A stretch of 64,000 nt of DNA from Catajapyx aquilonaris (taxonomy: Eukaryota), in the NCBI GenBank assembly GCA_000934665.2, contig JYFJ02000499.1, forward strand, positions 1 to 64,000, in the 5' to 3' direction. A program made the translations under genes and the position numbers. Within the stretch, counting starts at the first letter, position 1. Every line of letters starts with the position of its first letter. The notes beneath the pieces were generated by a model. It worked only from the letters and a program-made list of their open reading frames with translations. It was not told the DNA's origin and did not search any database. Below are positions 1 through 12,065 of the stretch, piece after piece.

Positions 1-172
1 GCCTGAAACACAGAGGCCGGCAAGTTCTGCCTGAGTGTGCGGCAAGCCTTTGGTGGGAAGGTTTACTCTCCCGTAGGCTTCGTTTCTACCTGAGAGAATA
101 ATCATCCGGTGCGTGTTTCGCGTGAGGTCCCTTAAACTTTGGGAGGGACTGACAAAGTGCGGATTCTTGTGA

Positions 173-200
173 ATTTATTTATTTATTTATTTATTTATTT
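173..200. repeat. (ATTT)7 microsatellite upstream of the ATG
   Basis: Direct reading. Confidence 0.95.
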
Positions 201-237
201 CGGATTCGTCCATATCTCCACCTTGCGCCCCCCCGGA

Positions 238-273
238 TTTTTTTTTTTTTCCCTCTCTCGGTTTTTTTTATAG
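238..273 (+). other. Candidate 3' splice site upstream of the start codon (would imply an upstream exon outside the window)
   Basis: About 32 nt of T/C tract followed by TAG at 271-273, 26 nt before the ATG. A weaker alternative acceptor ends at 76 (tttactctcccgtAG). It may simply be pyrimidine-rich 5' UTR. Confidence 0.45.
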
Positions 274-299
274 TTTTTACCCCCACGAACTTCACTAAT

Positions 300-375
300 A
301 TGAAGATATCGCTGATCTGGACTGCGGGGATCTTGATCTCTATTTGCATTCTGCAAGGATTAACACTTGTGCACA
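300..375 (+). CDS. First coding exon (signal peptide) of an LDL-receptor-family gene
   Basis: ATG at 300 with A at -3 and no other ATG in 1-299. Translates to MKISLIWTAGILISICILQGLTLVH (basic residue, then a hydrophobic core). Ends after 25 codons + 1 nt at a consensus GTAAGT donor (376-381). The phase-1 end joins the LDLa exon in frame (A+GC = Ser). Confidence 0.82.
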
Positions 376-3300
376 GTAAGTAGACATGTGTAGCCTTGGG
401 TAATCCGGTTTCATTTGACGTGCCACGTGAAACTTAGCCTCTGTGATCGGACCACCAGAAATTTTTTGGGGGTGTTTGGGTCATTTAACCATTGCGGAAG
501 ACATGGGGTTATTCACTCGATCGGCTGTTATTTAAAATTGCAATTAACAGGATATAATTCCGGAGCTGATTCAGGCGGAATCGGGAATAGTGATTGTCAA
601 CAATGTGACTGACAGTTACATGGAAGTGACGCCAATACCCTAGTTCCATTAACCGCGCGTCTATACATATGCAAATAGGCAAATTGAACAAACCCCTACA
701 GAATAGGGGCGCAAGTCCAAGGTAATAAGCATGGAGTTGAAGTGCACCTGTTTGTGCAATTTGGCATTGTTGGGATGCGCTCATTTCAGTCTCCTATATT
801 CTGACTATATGAAGTATCTTCCGAATGAAAAAAATATATATTGCAATTTTTCGACACATTGATTGTCGATGCGGCGGGCGCAAATTTTTGAATGCGGCTT
901 AAGATTCCGCATTTGCAGCCTACACCTTGTAAAATTTTGGCAATTAATTTCCGGTGGTTTCTAAAGATGTCAGGGGTTATAGTCGCGTGGCTTTGGAAAC
1001 TAGGTAGTCTTCAGAGGCTACCAATTCCCGTTAATTTATGCAGAGCTGGCTGGGGAGCAGTAGTGGTAACGTGTAAAAGGGAAGGCCGACTCCATTGGGA
1101 TTATGCAGTAAAATGCCGCATGGCATTATGGGTAGTGTGGACCCAAGTCTGGAAAAAAAGAGAGGGGGGATGCCCTTCAAATAATACAAAAAAAGGAGAG
1201 ATGGGGGCGCTTAACTATGCAGAGTTGATCCCCTTTGAGAGAAGCTGGGTCCAGTCTGTTGCATCCTAAATGAAGGATTTTGTATTCGGACCCCCTCCCC
1301 AAATGATTTGTATCGGGATTGGTCGTCGGAATGGTCCAATCGAATTTTGCGCAATTAATAATACTTTTGTGGTTCTCCTGCCGGGAGAATAACAGATGAT
1401 GAGGGAGCATCGGGGGCGAAGGCTGTGGAGCACCAATATTGATTTTAATTAGGGTTAGTTAATATTGCATTATATGTTTGCCGGTGTTGATGCTTTTAAC
1501 ATGCAGACAGAACAAACCCGATGGCTAATGCGCCACGTCGTTTTTTTTTCACAACCTCGACCATCGCATCGGTAACGCGTTTTTGGAAAATGCATCCCAT
1601 GTTTATTTCGCTCTGAAAAAGGGGCAATATGACAGGTGGAAATAGGACCACTGCACATTGCGTGAGGTCTAGTTAAATAGAAGGATAATCCATCAAGATA
1701 TGAGTAATGCTTAGCAGAAAATTCTTCAGCAGTTGGAAGTGCAATTGCTATATACTTTAATTTTGAAGATTTTTTAAAAATATAGAGATGCCCGGATTCT
1801 ATTCCGATTATAGTTTTTATCGGAGCGTAACTACATGCCGGGGTGGTTGGGGAGGAGTGGAAGGGGGTTCAAGGACGTCTGACGCGCTTTGAGATGTTCC
1901 TCTTCATTGAAGCCTTAAGGTCATCTGTAGATGGTGACCCTACGTCTGTCTCTTTCCCGTCGGATGTTCGCCCCGGAGGCGTCTCTCATATCTGTCATAC
2001 AATCGTTGTTCAAAGGCAGCATTTTTTTTTGACTGAAAACCCTTAGCCGTTAGGTCAACATCTCGTGATGAGACCAAGTCTCCCAAAAATGCCGATAATT
2101 TGCGAGCCACCGTGAGAAATTGGCATTTTTATAGGCGGAAATATCGATTTAGCACATCTACGTCTTTGCAGATACGTATACTGTATTTTAATTTATGATA
2201 TCCCCAGCTATTTGTTTTTACGCAAAGTAATTATTAGCCTGGTGCAATACGGCCTTGGTTGCTGCTTTGGAGGAAAAAAAAATCAATGCAATTCTCTAGG
2301 CGGTTACGTTAATGTTGTGAGGCTGTCATGTCCGTTATTTGGGAAATCAACGCTGCAACATTTTTCACCGCATCTCTCTGTGCAAGAGTAATTGGCTGAA
2401 ACTTCCGAGCTGTTATAACGCAGGACGACAACTGATGTAGTACATATCTGACAAGATATTGTTTGCGAATAATGGAAAGTGCTTGCCAACAACTACTTTA
2501 AATGGCAGTTCAGTCACACCTCGACTTCTTGTGCCATTGGAATACATTACATGAGTCACAAGTTAATACTAGTGTGTTGTAATTCGACATAGTCCCCCAA
2601 CTCCACAGGATAGAATATACCAGCAGTACAGCTTCCGGCACGTACATTAGTTGGCAGATAATCGATGATACAAGTTACACATTTTAATATCGGATGTCAC
2701 CAGCTCGGTGCTTTTATGAGTGGCAGTAAATGTCAAAAGTTGTTGACGTTTCGTTTTATACGTGAAAAAAAACCTCTTCCACCGAGAGCTGGCTGAAAGT
2801 GCTGAATCAGCGTTGCCACCACCGGGTATTTATTCCATGGAGCAACCGGATACTTCCTGCTGCACAGGCTCCAGCTCTTCTTGCAACCCGAGACAATAGA
2901 TTGGTGGTGCGATGCTGTGGCCTTGCAACAATCCCAGGCGTCTGGGTGTTCGGAAGCAGCGCATTAGTTGTGGCCACCAAAGCAAATGAACTGCAGACAT
3001 GATTATCATTAAACTCGAGCCATCCTTCTAGCTCCTTCCCCCATCCCCCTCCCCCAACTCCTCCAAGACTCTGGCGGCTTTTCTGCTGAGACGACTTCCA
3101 AGTCCTGGAGGGAATAAATTTACTGATACCCCGCCCCTATATAAAACTTTCATCTACTTCCTGAACCTCTGCTGTGCCTTCCCTGCAGAGATGCTTTTTC
3201 TGGATGTTGCCAACTGTGAGAGGGGAAAAGGAATGAAAGTAATGAGGGATACTCTGTCCACATGCAAGAGCACTCAAAACGCCATCTATATTTAATCCGA

Positions 3301-5656
3301 CTGAAATATGAAAGTGTAAATTTAGTGCAATGTGCGCTCAATGATTCATGCTTCAGTGTCCCGAATTTTAGATATTTTTTTTCCTCCTTCATGGCGAGGT
3401 ACCGTACGAGGGGGAGGCTTGTAATTTTTTTATGCCTCATGAGAGATACGAGTCAAGTGTAAGGAATTATGAATGAAATGTGAATTGTATAACAGGCTTT
3501 TTTTTGCTTCCATTTATGTCCTCGTAGGTTCCTCGTCTAGCCAGTTTGAGATAGGGTTTTTCGTTAGACGAGGTTATAGGTAATCGATAGTAATAGTCTC
3601 CTATATCGTGTCACATTTGGCCCAAGTGACGAATGGATGGATGTACAAGGAGATCCATCGAATCCCTTAAAACCAATATGAAGGGCTAATGCAAATCCAA
3701 GTGCGCCTCTATATTGAATCATTGAATTCAGAATATTCACAGCACCTGTCTTTTTATAACTGTCAATTGCAAGTTTGACTTAACTTTTGATCAAACCTAG
3801 CTGTTGCTCCTACAAAAATATATATCATGCTGTACTTGTAACCTACCTTGCAATATAAGTACTGTCAGTTAACGTACAAATTCAATGGCTGGTATTGCAT
3901 CAGAGCGTGTTCCAATATTTCTTTGACCATCACCGCTCTGTGTACAGGGCAATCTGACCATGTTTGTCCGGAACAAAATCCGGGAGATTGGCATTATATC
4001 CCGCAATTTTCGGAGCAGCAAAGTATACCTTCTTTCTGGCCGAGTTTGGAGAAGGGCTTCCGGAGGCCTTAGAGCCTCCTCCTGGGCCCCGAAGGAAAAG
4101 GTATGGAGAGCCTATGCGTTAAAAGGTAATGCATACCAACGAAGGCAGAGTCTGCGAAAATGACTGGGAGAAGCCCCACCCTTCTTTTTTCCTCCGATAT
4201 CCCCAAGCCCAGGCATCAAGTACACGGGTTTCAAAATGAGAAAGTGCGAAGGGGGAAGCCTGCCATTTTTTCTATCATTTCTTCTTCCTTTTCATCTCCA
4301 TCATTTTCTTTTTCCGGTGCTTCTGGTGGGGACGTCGGGAGGCAGTTCATATATGGATTTCACATTTCCCGCGAAAAGGAGGGGTTGTTTGCAATAGTCT
4401 GGCTGTAAAACGGTCAAATGATGCTGCAGGGCTTGCCTGTTAAAAGTTTGGGTGAAGGACTCTTCTCGTCATTGATGGATTTCCAATTTTCCCCACTGCA
4501 TCGATTCCGCACTACTTCCCCCCGAAAACCTCCCACAGATTTTTTTCTTCTTTCTTCCACCATTCGCCTTCTCTGTCTTACGCTTTTTTTTTACCCTTCC
4601 CTTCTCACCACCTAGGACATAAAGCTTCGCAGATATTGTAAATAGCAGGGATTCTCCGAGGCGAAGTGTCATCAGGAAGAAGCATGGGGTCCTTCGGAAA
4701 CGGAATGGTATATAGGATGTAGTTTGCACTTCTGGGAAAAAGTACATCATCATTATCATCATCATTTGGCACATCCTGCAAGGAGCTGAGTGGCTCATTA
4801 ATTGCGCTAATTGAAAAATAGGCTCTTACGGGTGTTATGTGATCGTGACATTGAGGAATGGCGGTCCACTTCGCTAAAAGTATAATCCTGTCTTGAATCA
4901 CACACGCCGGGAATAGAAATATGACAATGAAAACAATGCAAAATTACTGAGAACTTTTTTAATTGGCTTTCCAGAAAAACTCAGGTTTTTGCTATTTATT
5001 AACTAATATTATACGTCGTCACCTTATCACCAGTAACATTCCAGATATTGATTCGTTGATATTTATTACCGATATCTGGATAAAGCCATCATTGCAGTTT
5101 GTTGCGTGATAATTACTCGAATTTGAAGTTTGAGCTATAAAATTTGACGTTGATGCAGTCTTATTAAACGTAAATTGACAATTTGTATTGACGTTAATGT
5201 TGTATGTAGCCGCCAACGATGCGTGTGAATCATGCAATTGCAGTGTGTGCAATAGTGTCACATGGCGTGTCGAGATGACAATCAGAACCGCGTTAAATCT
5301 GTGACAAAATGTCAAAATGAGTTATTCCCACGACGATGAAAATTGGACAACAAAATATAACTCACAGTGCTGATAATTTTGGCGCAATTGCGTCGAGTTT
5401 CACGCATTGTTGACTTTTGACTTTAACATTAACCGCTTCTGCTGCTTTTTTTTGTCTGCCTGAAGGCATCAGTTTCACAGGCATCGTTTTAACATCGTCG
5501 GCGTAAATACTTCATCGACTGCCGACATCGATGGTAGCCCATCGGAATGAAACTTTGATCGCGTGGCATCTATACCTGGAGGACGTGAAATTCAGTTCTC
5601 TCGCCTTTCCCACTCTTGTTGTTTTGGTTTTCAAGTGTTGCTTTCTCTGTCCTCAG
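376..5656 (+). other. Intron 1 (GT-AG, phase 1, 5281 nt)
   Basis: Donor GTAAGT at 376; acceptor ttgctttctctgtcctcAG ending at 5656; reading frame is conserved across the join. Confidence 0.8.
5193..5433. repeat. Degenerate inverted repeat (arms 5193-5241 and 5384-5433), MITE-like foldback
   Basis: Left arm GTTAATGTT-N12-CAACGATGCGTG-N6-ATGCAATTGC; reverse complement of right arm GTTAATGTT-N12-CAACAATGCGTG-N7-ACGCAATTGC. Confidence 0.7.
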
Positions 5657-5779
5657 GCGTACCCTGCTCGACGCACCAATTCGAATGCGGCAACGCACGC
5701 TGCATCCCCATCTCTTGGACCTGCGACGCGGAAAATGACTGCGGGGACAACTCGGACGAGACCATACCGGAGTGTGAAG
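5657..5779 (+). CDS. Exon encoding one LDL-receptor class A (LDLa) repeat; first ligand-binding module of a lipophorin receptor/VLDLR-like protein
   Basis: 123-nt symmetric phase 1-1 exon: (S)[40 protein letters not shown]. It has six Cys in LDLa spacing, F-x-C, C-I, and the Ca-binding W-x-C-D-x3-D-C-x-D-x-S-D-E signature. It is flanked by a pyrimidine tract + CAG and by an AAG|GTAAAG donor. The domain call is firm. The subfamily is inferred, because many mosaic proteins begin with LDLa. Confidence 0.95.
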
Positions 5780-7364
5780 GTAAAGTTACATCTTCTATAT
5801 ATTTTTTTTCTCTCTTTCCTTGAAGCCTCAACCTCTGGGACTTTTCTGACCAAACTAGTGCAAATTGGTGACGGAGACAAAAAAAAAAGAGATAGGATTA
5901 TCAATCCTACTTTGGAGGGGGTGGTCTTCGTTCATGATTGAACACGTCTAACGATACGTGGCATGCGATTTTGTCGCAACATTTGAAGGGCTTGGGCGTC
6001 CCCCGGTCCGGGCTGCCAAATTGAGTTATTGAGGCTGGCAGGATTCTTGCTGAATATGCTGTAAATTCATGCGTTGGATGATGTATTCATATACATATTT
6101 TGATTGGTATGACGCCGTCACTAATTTGCTGGCGTTGGATGCGGCCAATGAAACAAGTGAAATTCATAAATAATAATTTAGGCGGATATTTGAATACCAT
6201 GAAATGAATACTAAGCCTGTAACCTAGTCATACCTGAATGTAAATTTAGAGCGACGCAGGTGTTAGTCAAAGCTAAATGCAAATATTGTACTGCGGTGTA
6301 AAAATATGCAACATTTTCAGTAAGTCGTTTGCTTAGAAATATGCGCGGAAATGCACCATTATAACACGCATGTTTTTGGGCTGAAATGATGATTATTACT
6401 GTGACATTTTTTTTTCCGTGCCCTGCAAATGTTCTCCATTTGTTACACTTTCTTGCCGACTGGTTCGTTCGTTATTCTGCAAAAACGTGAAAACAGTCGC
6501 CCAATAGAAAAATCCGCCCCTTTTGACAAACGTGCGAGATTTGCAGATTTTTTTTTTCTTATAGCGTATGACGGGAAAGCCCTTTGCAACAGATTGCACG
6601 TGATACATTCAGTGAAAAGCGCTGACCCTAAACTGTCATTTGAAAATGGCTGCTATTTACTTCACACGGTGTTGTAAAAGAGCGAGCTAGAAAATCGAAA
6701 AAATTCATCACCTTTTTTTTTTCTTCTTCGTATTTCCTTGATTTTTTTCTATACTTTTTTTTCTGTAGCCCTCTCCCTGTGACAAGTTGAGGATTTTCAT
6801 CTTTGTCCCAGTTGGGCCACGACAGGCCGATTCATCTTGGTTAAGGAATTTTGATGAGAACTTAACCAAGCTCTGTGTGCGGAATTGTGAAAAGCAGCAG
6901 GTCGTCACCTGAGAGCCTGGCCGGAAGGAAGGGGGAGGGGGGGGGGGAACTGAAAAGAAATAGAGATGTTTGTGTGTGCGAGACCAAAAATATAGCAAGA
7001 AAAAGTTTTTGTAACGAACACGGAAGTTTGGTATTAGCGCCATAAATTTCGATAAGCCAGGTCCAGTAGTGTTGTGTGCGCCTTGCTGATATCCTGGGCT
7101 GACATTACCGCCTGAAGGTAAATGCTTAATTCCCGCTTTGTTTTGATCGCGTGCGTGTTAATGCGAAGAACGCAAGAATGGCGGGGCTCAACGGGGGAAT
7201 AGAAAAAAAAGAGGGGTGATTGGATGTGCTGGTTTGCCTTCAATGAGATGCCATGGTGCGCAGCATTAATTCGTGGAAAGTTGATGCTGCATCACGAAGG
7301 GTCCCAAGTTATTCGGAAGAGGTCGTCTTATTCTCAGAAACAAGTACCCGCATCGAGGCCTCTC

Positions 7365-7417
7365 TGCGCAGTACGCACAACGCTATGCGCAGTACGCACA
7401 ACGCTATGCGCAGTACG
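7365..7417. repeat. 21-bp tandem repeat, 2.5 copies (TGCGCAGTACGCACAACGCTA)
   Basis: Perfect copies at 7365 and 7386; partial copy at 7407. Confidence 0.95.
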
Positions 7418-9551
7418 ATTTGCGCATGCCTACTGCGCACGGGCATTTGGACAAACAGCCGATTGTTCCGGATTTTTTTTTTTTTGAGTGGAATTGTAGC
7501 AAATTGATTAAATGGGCACGTAATCGTCGATTACGAATTGATGAAGCCGTGTGATAGGGTTGATTAGGGAATAGACCGCCGTAATTTGAGCCGTAAAATT
7601 GAGGACCGTGAGTGTAAACTTGTGGAGGGGGCAGAGCCCGTTATAGCAAATTGCATGTTATGAAATTAAAACGTTGATTTTGATAAGCATAAAACGGCAA
7701 GTTAGCAAAGGTTCGAACAAACATTATTATGGCAAAGCATTGGGGAAGTTTAGTGCTGATTTTAGAATGATGAAATATTTTTATTGGCTGCACCAACTGG
7801 GAGGGCCGTAAAACTATTTATAGAGTCGTTTTAAACCGGTCAAAAGTTATTTATACGTACCGGATAATTATGCATAATTTGCAAGATGCACTCGAGGCAA
7901 CCTCGCTCCTGTGACTGTATATAGTTAATTCGCGAAACCCCCGAACTTTGGATAGCGGTTAAATTTTAAAAGTTGGTGTTTGCGAATACTCACTCTCCTG
8001 TCTGGTTTCATAACTCAAACTGGCGACAGGCTCTCAAAAATTAATCCAAGAAGGACCACGCCAGCATTAACTTTGCAATCGGACCCCCGCGCATTATTGA
8101 AGCGGGGAATAAAAATTACCAGCTGTAAAAGCTTCCGGAGACGGCCCCCGGACGCAATAAAATCGTCATTTAAGAGCAGCCATTATGGCCGAAGTCTTCC
8201 CCGAAATTCTCCCTTCTTTTGTCAACTTGGCGGATGAGAGATGCTGACTTGTACCCAACATAATCCTGACCTAATCTGGAACTTGACAAGTGAGCCCGTA
8301 ACTTACTCGACTAGGCGCAATCAAATTAAGCAGAATTTAACGTCGGGTGAGGAGCAGTTACTCGCGAAAATTGTAGCCGTGCAGTGCAGTATAATATGGG
8401 CAGGCTTTATGTCACCCGAGTGTTAACTTGAACGGCCAAACAGTTATTGCGCCCCCAAAACAACACCGACGCTTCCAGGATTTCGCCGATAAAATTTGCA
8501 CATAAGGCGAATCTGTGTTGTCAAACCCTTGTTGTAACACATGTTTTGTCGTCGAATGATGACCATAAAAAGCGGAGGTACACGTGCGTTTTAAATTATA
8601 TTCAGGATGTCGTGTTGCAATGGGCTGATCGTCACAATTTTTTGCATGAAATGCCCTCAAGGCATAAAGGGATCGTTTTGACCTCATATTAAACGAGCTA
8701 GCACAAAACAAAAAAATGCAAGGTCGCTCAGCTTGGAAGGAAGAAGCCGGAATATCTTGCGGTACTCCGTGTTTATGAATCGAATGTGTGAGATTTTCAG
8801 CAAAGAATAAGGCAACATAGTTGAAGAACGAGGAATTTCTTGGGAGAAGAAGGGAAATTGGAAAATAAGCAAATAAGGGGCAGAAGTCTGCAGAAGAATC
8901 CCAGGAATGATATTGAATCTTCGTGACCCAGTTATCTCATTCCCTCAAGCATTGTATGAAATGCGGGCCACCTCTCGAACGAAAACACACTGCGGTACTT
9001 GTTACGTAACTGACAAAGTGGATGAAGGAAAAAAAGAGAGGATCTGTCCTGTAATTTCAGCACGAGGAAGAAGAAGAACCCTTAATATGAAAAAAAGGGA
9101 ACAAGAAGAAGAAGAAGAAAAAAAAATGAGAGGATCGTGGCCACCGGAAAGAACTGGCTGCCAAGTTCGTCGCAGACCTAACCAACGACGCTAACTAGCA
9201 GTAATTCAACGATTCCTCTCTTGGGGGAAGGTATAATTAGGTTTCCCGACGCGTTCGAAGGCCAAGAGGAGTAGTTACACAATCGCTGTAATGAAACTAA
9301 ATCGGAGTCTAATCTGTATCCGAATCCTCCGCATTATTCAAGGACTTGTGATGTTCTGAAAATTGAATCACGAGATATTGCAACAGGGAGTAAGAGTGAT
9401 GCACCATCATCCTATGGATGCTGCTTTTTTATAGGCAGTTGGCTAGATAATTGCAATTACACGCAATTCTTGTAATTAGCATCGGGCGAGTTTAAACCAC
9501 CAAGCGATGTACAGTATAATGAGAGGAGATATCTCAAGTGATGCATAACTG

Positions 9552-9602
9552 TTGGAATTTTTCTCGGAATAATTATTATAATTTTTCAGAGAATAATTCC
9601 AA
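9552..9602. repeat. 51-bp near-perfect palindrome
   Basis: TTGGAATTTTTCTCGGAATAATTATTATAATTTTTCAGAGAATAATTCCAA; 22 of 25 symmetric positions are complementary about 9577. Confidence 0.9.
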
Positions 9603-12027
9603 GGGCGAATTTATTTATAAATAGTCCACATAAGTCAGTGCAGGATCCAACCTAAACATTTACATAAATTTGCAATATTACTGCATGTCGTACCATTTGG
9701 CTGAATTTCTCATGGCCTACTATACGAAACACGAATAGCAGAATTCATCGCTGTTGGTACAATACAACAACCAGTGTGAGATATTTACTTACAATACCTT
9801 ACAAAAATTACTAATGCAAACTAACGTGTACAAGGCTGACCATTAGCCAATTCCATCGAATGTTGCTGATTCCAATTCGTGCAGAAGCGTCAGAGGAATT
9901 TTAATTAACATGCCGTTAGGCGTGCGGTTCATTCGTGTAAAGCAAATGAAGAAATTACAATTTGGAGAGTTTATGATCGTGCAGAATATTCGCAAATGTA
10001 GCGTAGATTATTACTATATGTCCAAAAGATAGGCCCACCAAGGCACATAGCAACTGCTGCAGGGCACACCATCAATTGGGCCAGGATTTCATAAAATAAT
10101 CCAGAATTAATTACGTAAAGCATCCCTGGCCGTCGGTGCAGTAGCTGCCCAATGTGTACGCAGCCTTGTTGGTAATTTAAATTTGCAATATAGTTTGGAA
10201 GCCGCCAGGGGCTTCAAAATGTTATGGGAGAAAGGCAAACACCGCAAAGTAAATGTCCACTTTTGCTTACGCACCGTTCGCGAAAAAAAAAAAATTTGTC
10301 GGGTAGACGTGCCCATAACGCAGCATCCATTTTTCCACGATAAGAATACTATATACTCATACTCTCCCCCAGTTTCCAAAGAGAAAAAAAAATCTCCCGT
10401 ATAAATCTCTCCGAGGCATCAATCGCCATCAAGGTGGGAAATGGCGCTGGTGGGAAACCGACCGCGAATAAAAGTGAGGGACATCAGCACATTTATATCG
10501 AACCTGTTTCTTTTTATTGGTTCAGAGAGACTCAGGCAGTTTATTCGGTGTCAACGGACCAGTTCAGAAATCTTTCCCCCCAACACCACACGGTGTATCA
10601 GAATATTTTCAAATCACCATAGTTTACAGATGACTATACATTGTCGACACATTTTAGTCCCAGTGTACAGTATATCTTTAACATATTCCGAGGATGAGGT
10701 TAAGTTTGGGCCACCCTGTGTGTACGGCAAGGGGTTGGGAAGATATGCATGGAGACATCTCCTAGGTGATGTTATTGATCGAAGGGAAGAGGCTGCTTTT
10801 GATCAGCTGCGTTTAAAAAAAAAACTTGCATTTTTTTGTAGCTAAAAAAGGGTTGGTGTAGTGGCGGGTGAGGCCTAGGTTTAGCACAGAGCTAACTAGA
10901 TTAGTGCAGGAAGCGACGGGGGGGATCGTATTTCCGCATCTCTGAGAGTACCGAGTCCAGCAAGAATTCCATTCAGCGCAGCCATCAGGCATCACTTCCC
11001 GAGCAATATTCTCTTACCAGCAATTTTCCTCTTGGATTGATTGGCAGAGATGAAAGCCGGAGCAAAGCGGGCATGTCGATCCGGGGCACTATTTGGGAAT
11101 TATCACTGCTCGTGTTACGGGAATGGGATTATCCGCACGGAAGAAAAAGTGATTTGCTGATTGCTATACCAACCCTTTCTGTTAGATCCATTTTAATGAT
11201 CTGTATACATTATGCAATATGTGTTACTTTTTAATAAATCACGAATGATCAACATGTCACTTTGGTAATGTCCAAACCGGTTTATAACAGATTTTTGGGA
11301 CTGCTTTTCCAATAATATTGTTGTTTGGGGCTTCAGTGCATTTTCCAGTGGTACAATTGCATAGAACATTACTATGGAATAGATGTTTCTTCATATGCCA
11401 TTTTCGACTGGAAAAGCAGGTTGTACTATCGATTTTGCTCCCGTAAAATCGGGGTCTTAGCGATGAATCCAATAAGAAACTTGTGGAATATTGAATGCCC
11501 CTGGTCTTAGCATCTGTGTCACGGTTACGGCTTAAAAATACGACCGGTTGCGTGCAAGTATCGGCATATCAATGGGAGAAATCATTCCGAAAAAAAAGAA
11601 AGACTATACATCATCTGGATTTCCACTGGATTTCCGCAAATCTAACAGCAATTTCACACAGAATTAAAGCCTCTTCTCTTACAAAACCGTCCGGATGGGC
11701 GTGTATAATAAGGCAATATTCAAGTCGCTGTTTGCACACCTGCGACGTCATTCTACAGTAGCCATTTAGAAATACAGATATGCATGTCACACCTGGGAGG
11801 AACGTCCTCGCAATAGCAATTACATGTAGATTTCTTATTGACGTAATAAAACATGTTTACGGGAATAGACATGGTAATTGCCTCAATTGAAAACTTTTCC
11901 CCTCCCCATTAATAAGTCACAATGCAAAATTTCCCGCCTTTTCCCCGTGCAGTGACGTATATTCGGTCTTTCGAGGTTGTGCAAACACCTCAGGTGATAC
12001 ATGACCTTAACTCCTACTGAAAGGAGC

Positions 12028-12031
<4 letters not shown>

Positions 12032-12061
<30 letters not shown>
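12032..12061. repeat. (GA)15 microsatellite
   Basis: Direct reading. Confidence 0.95.

Positions 12062-12065
<4 letters not shown>

Noticed and set aside
3497..3533. Pyrimidine tract + TAG|GTTCCT in intron 1 as a ratchet point or exon
   Set aside because: The regenerated donor is very poor and the downstream frames are uninformative.
5563..5823. 86-aa ORF as a complete LDLa protein
   Set aside because: Only 5657-5779 is bounded by splice sites; the flanks are read-through into introns.
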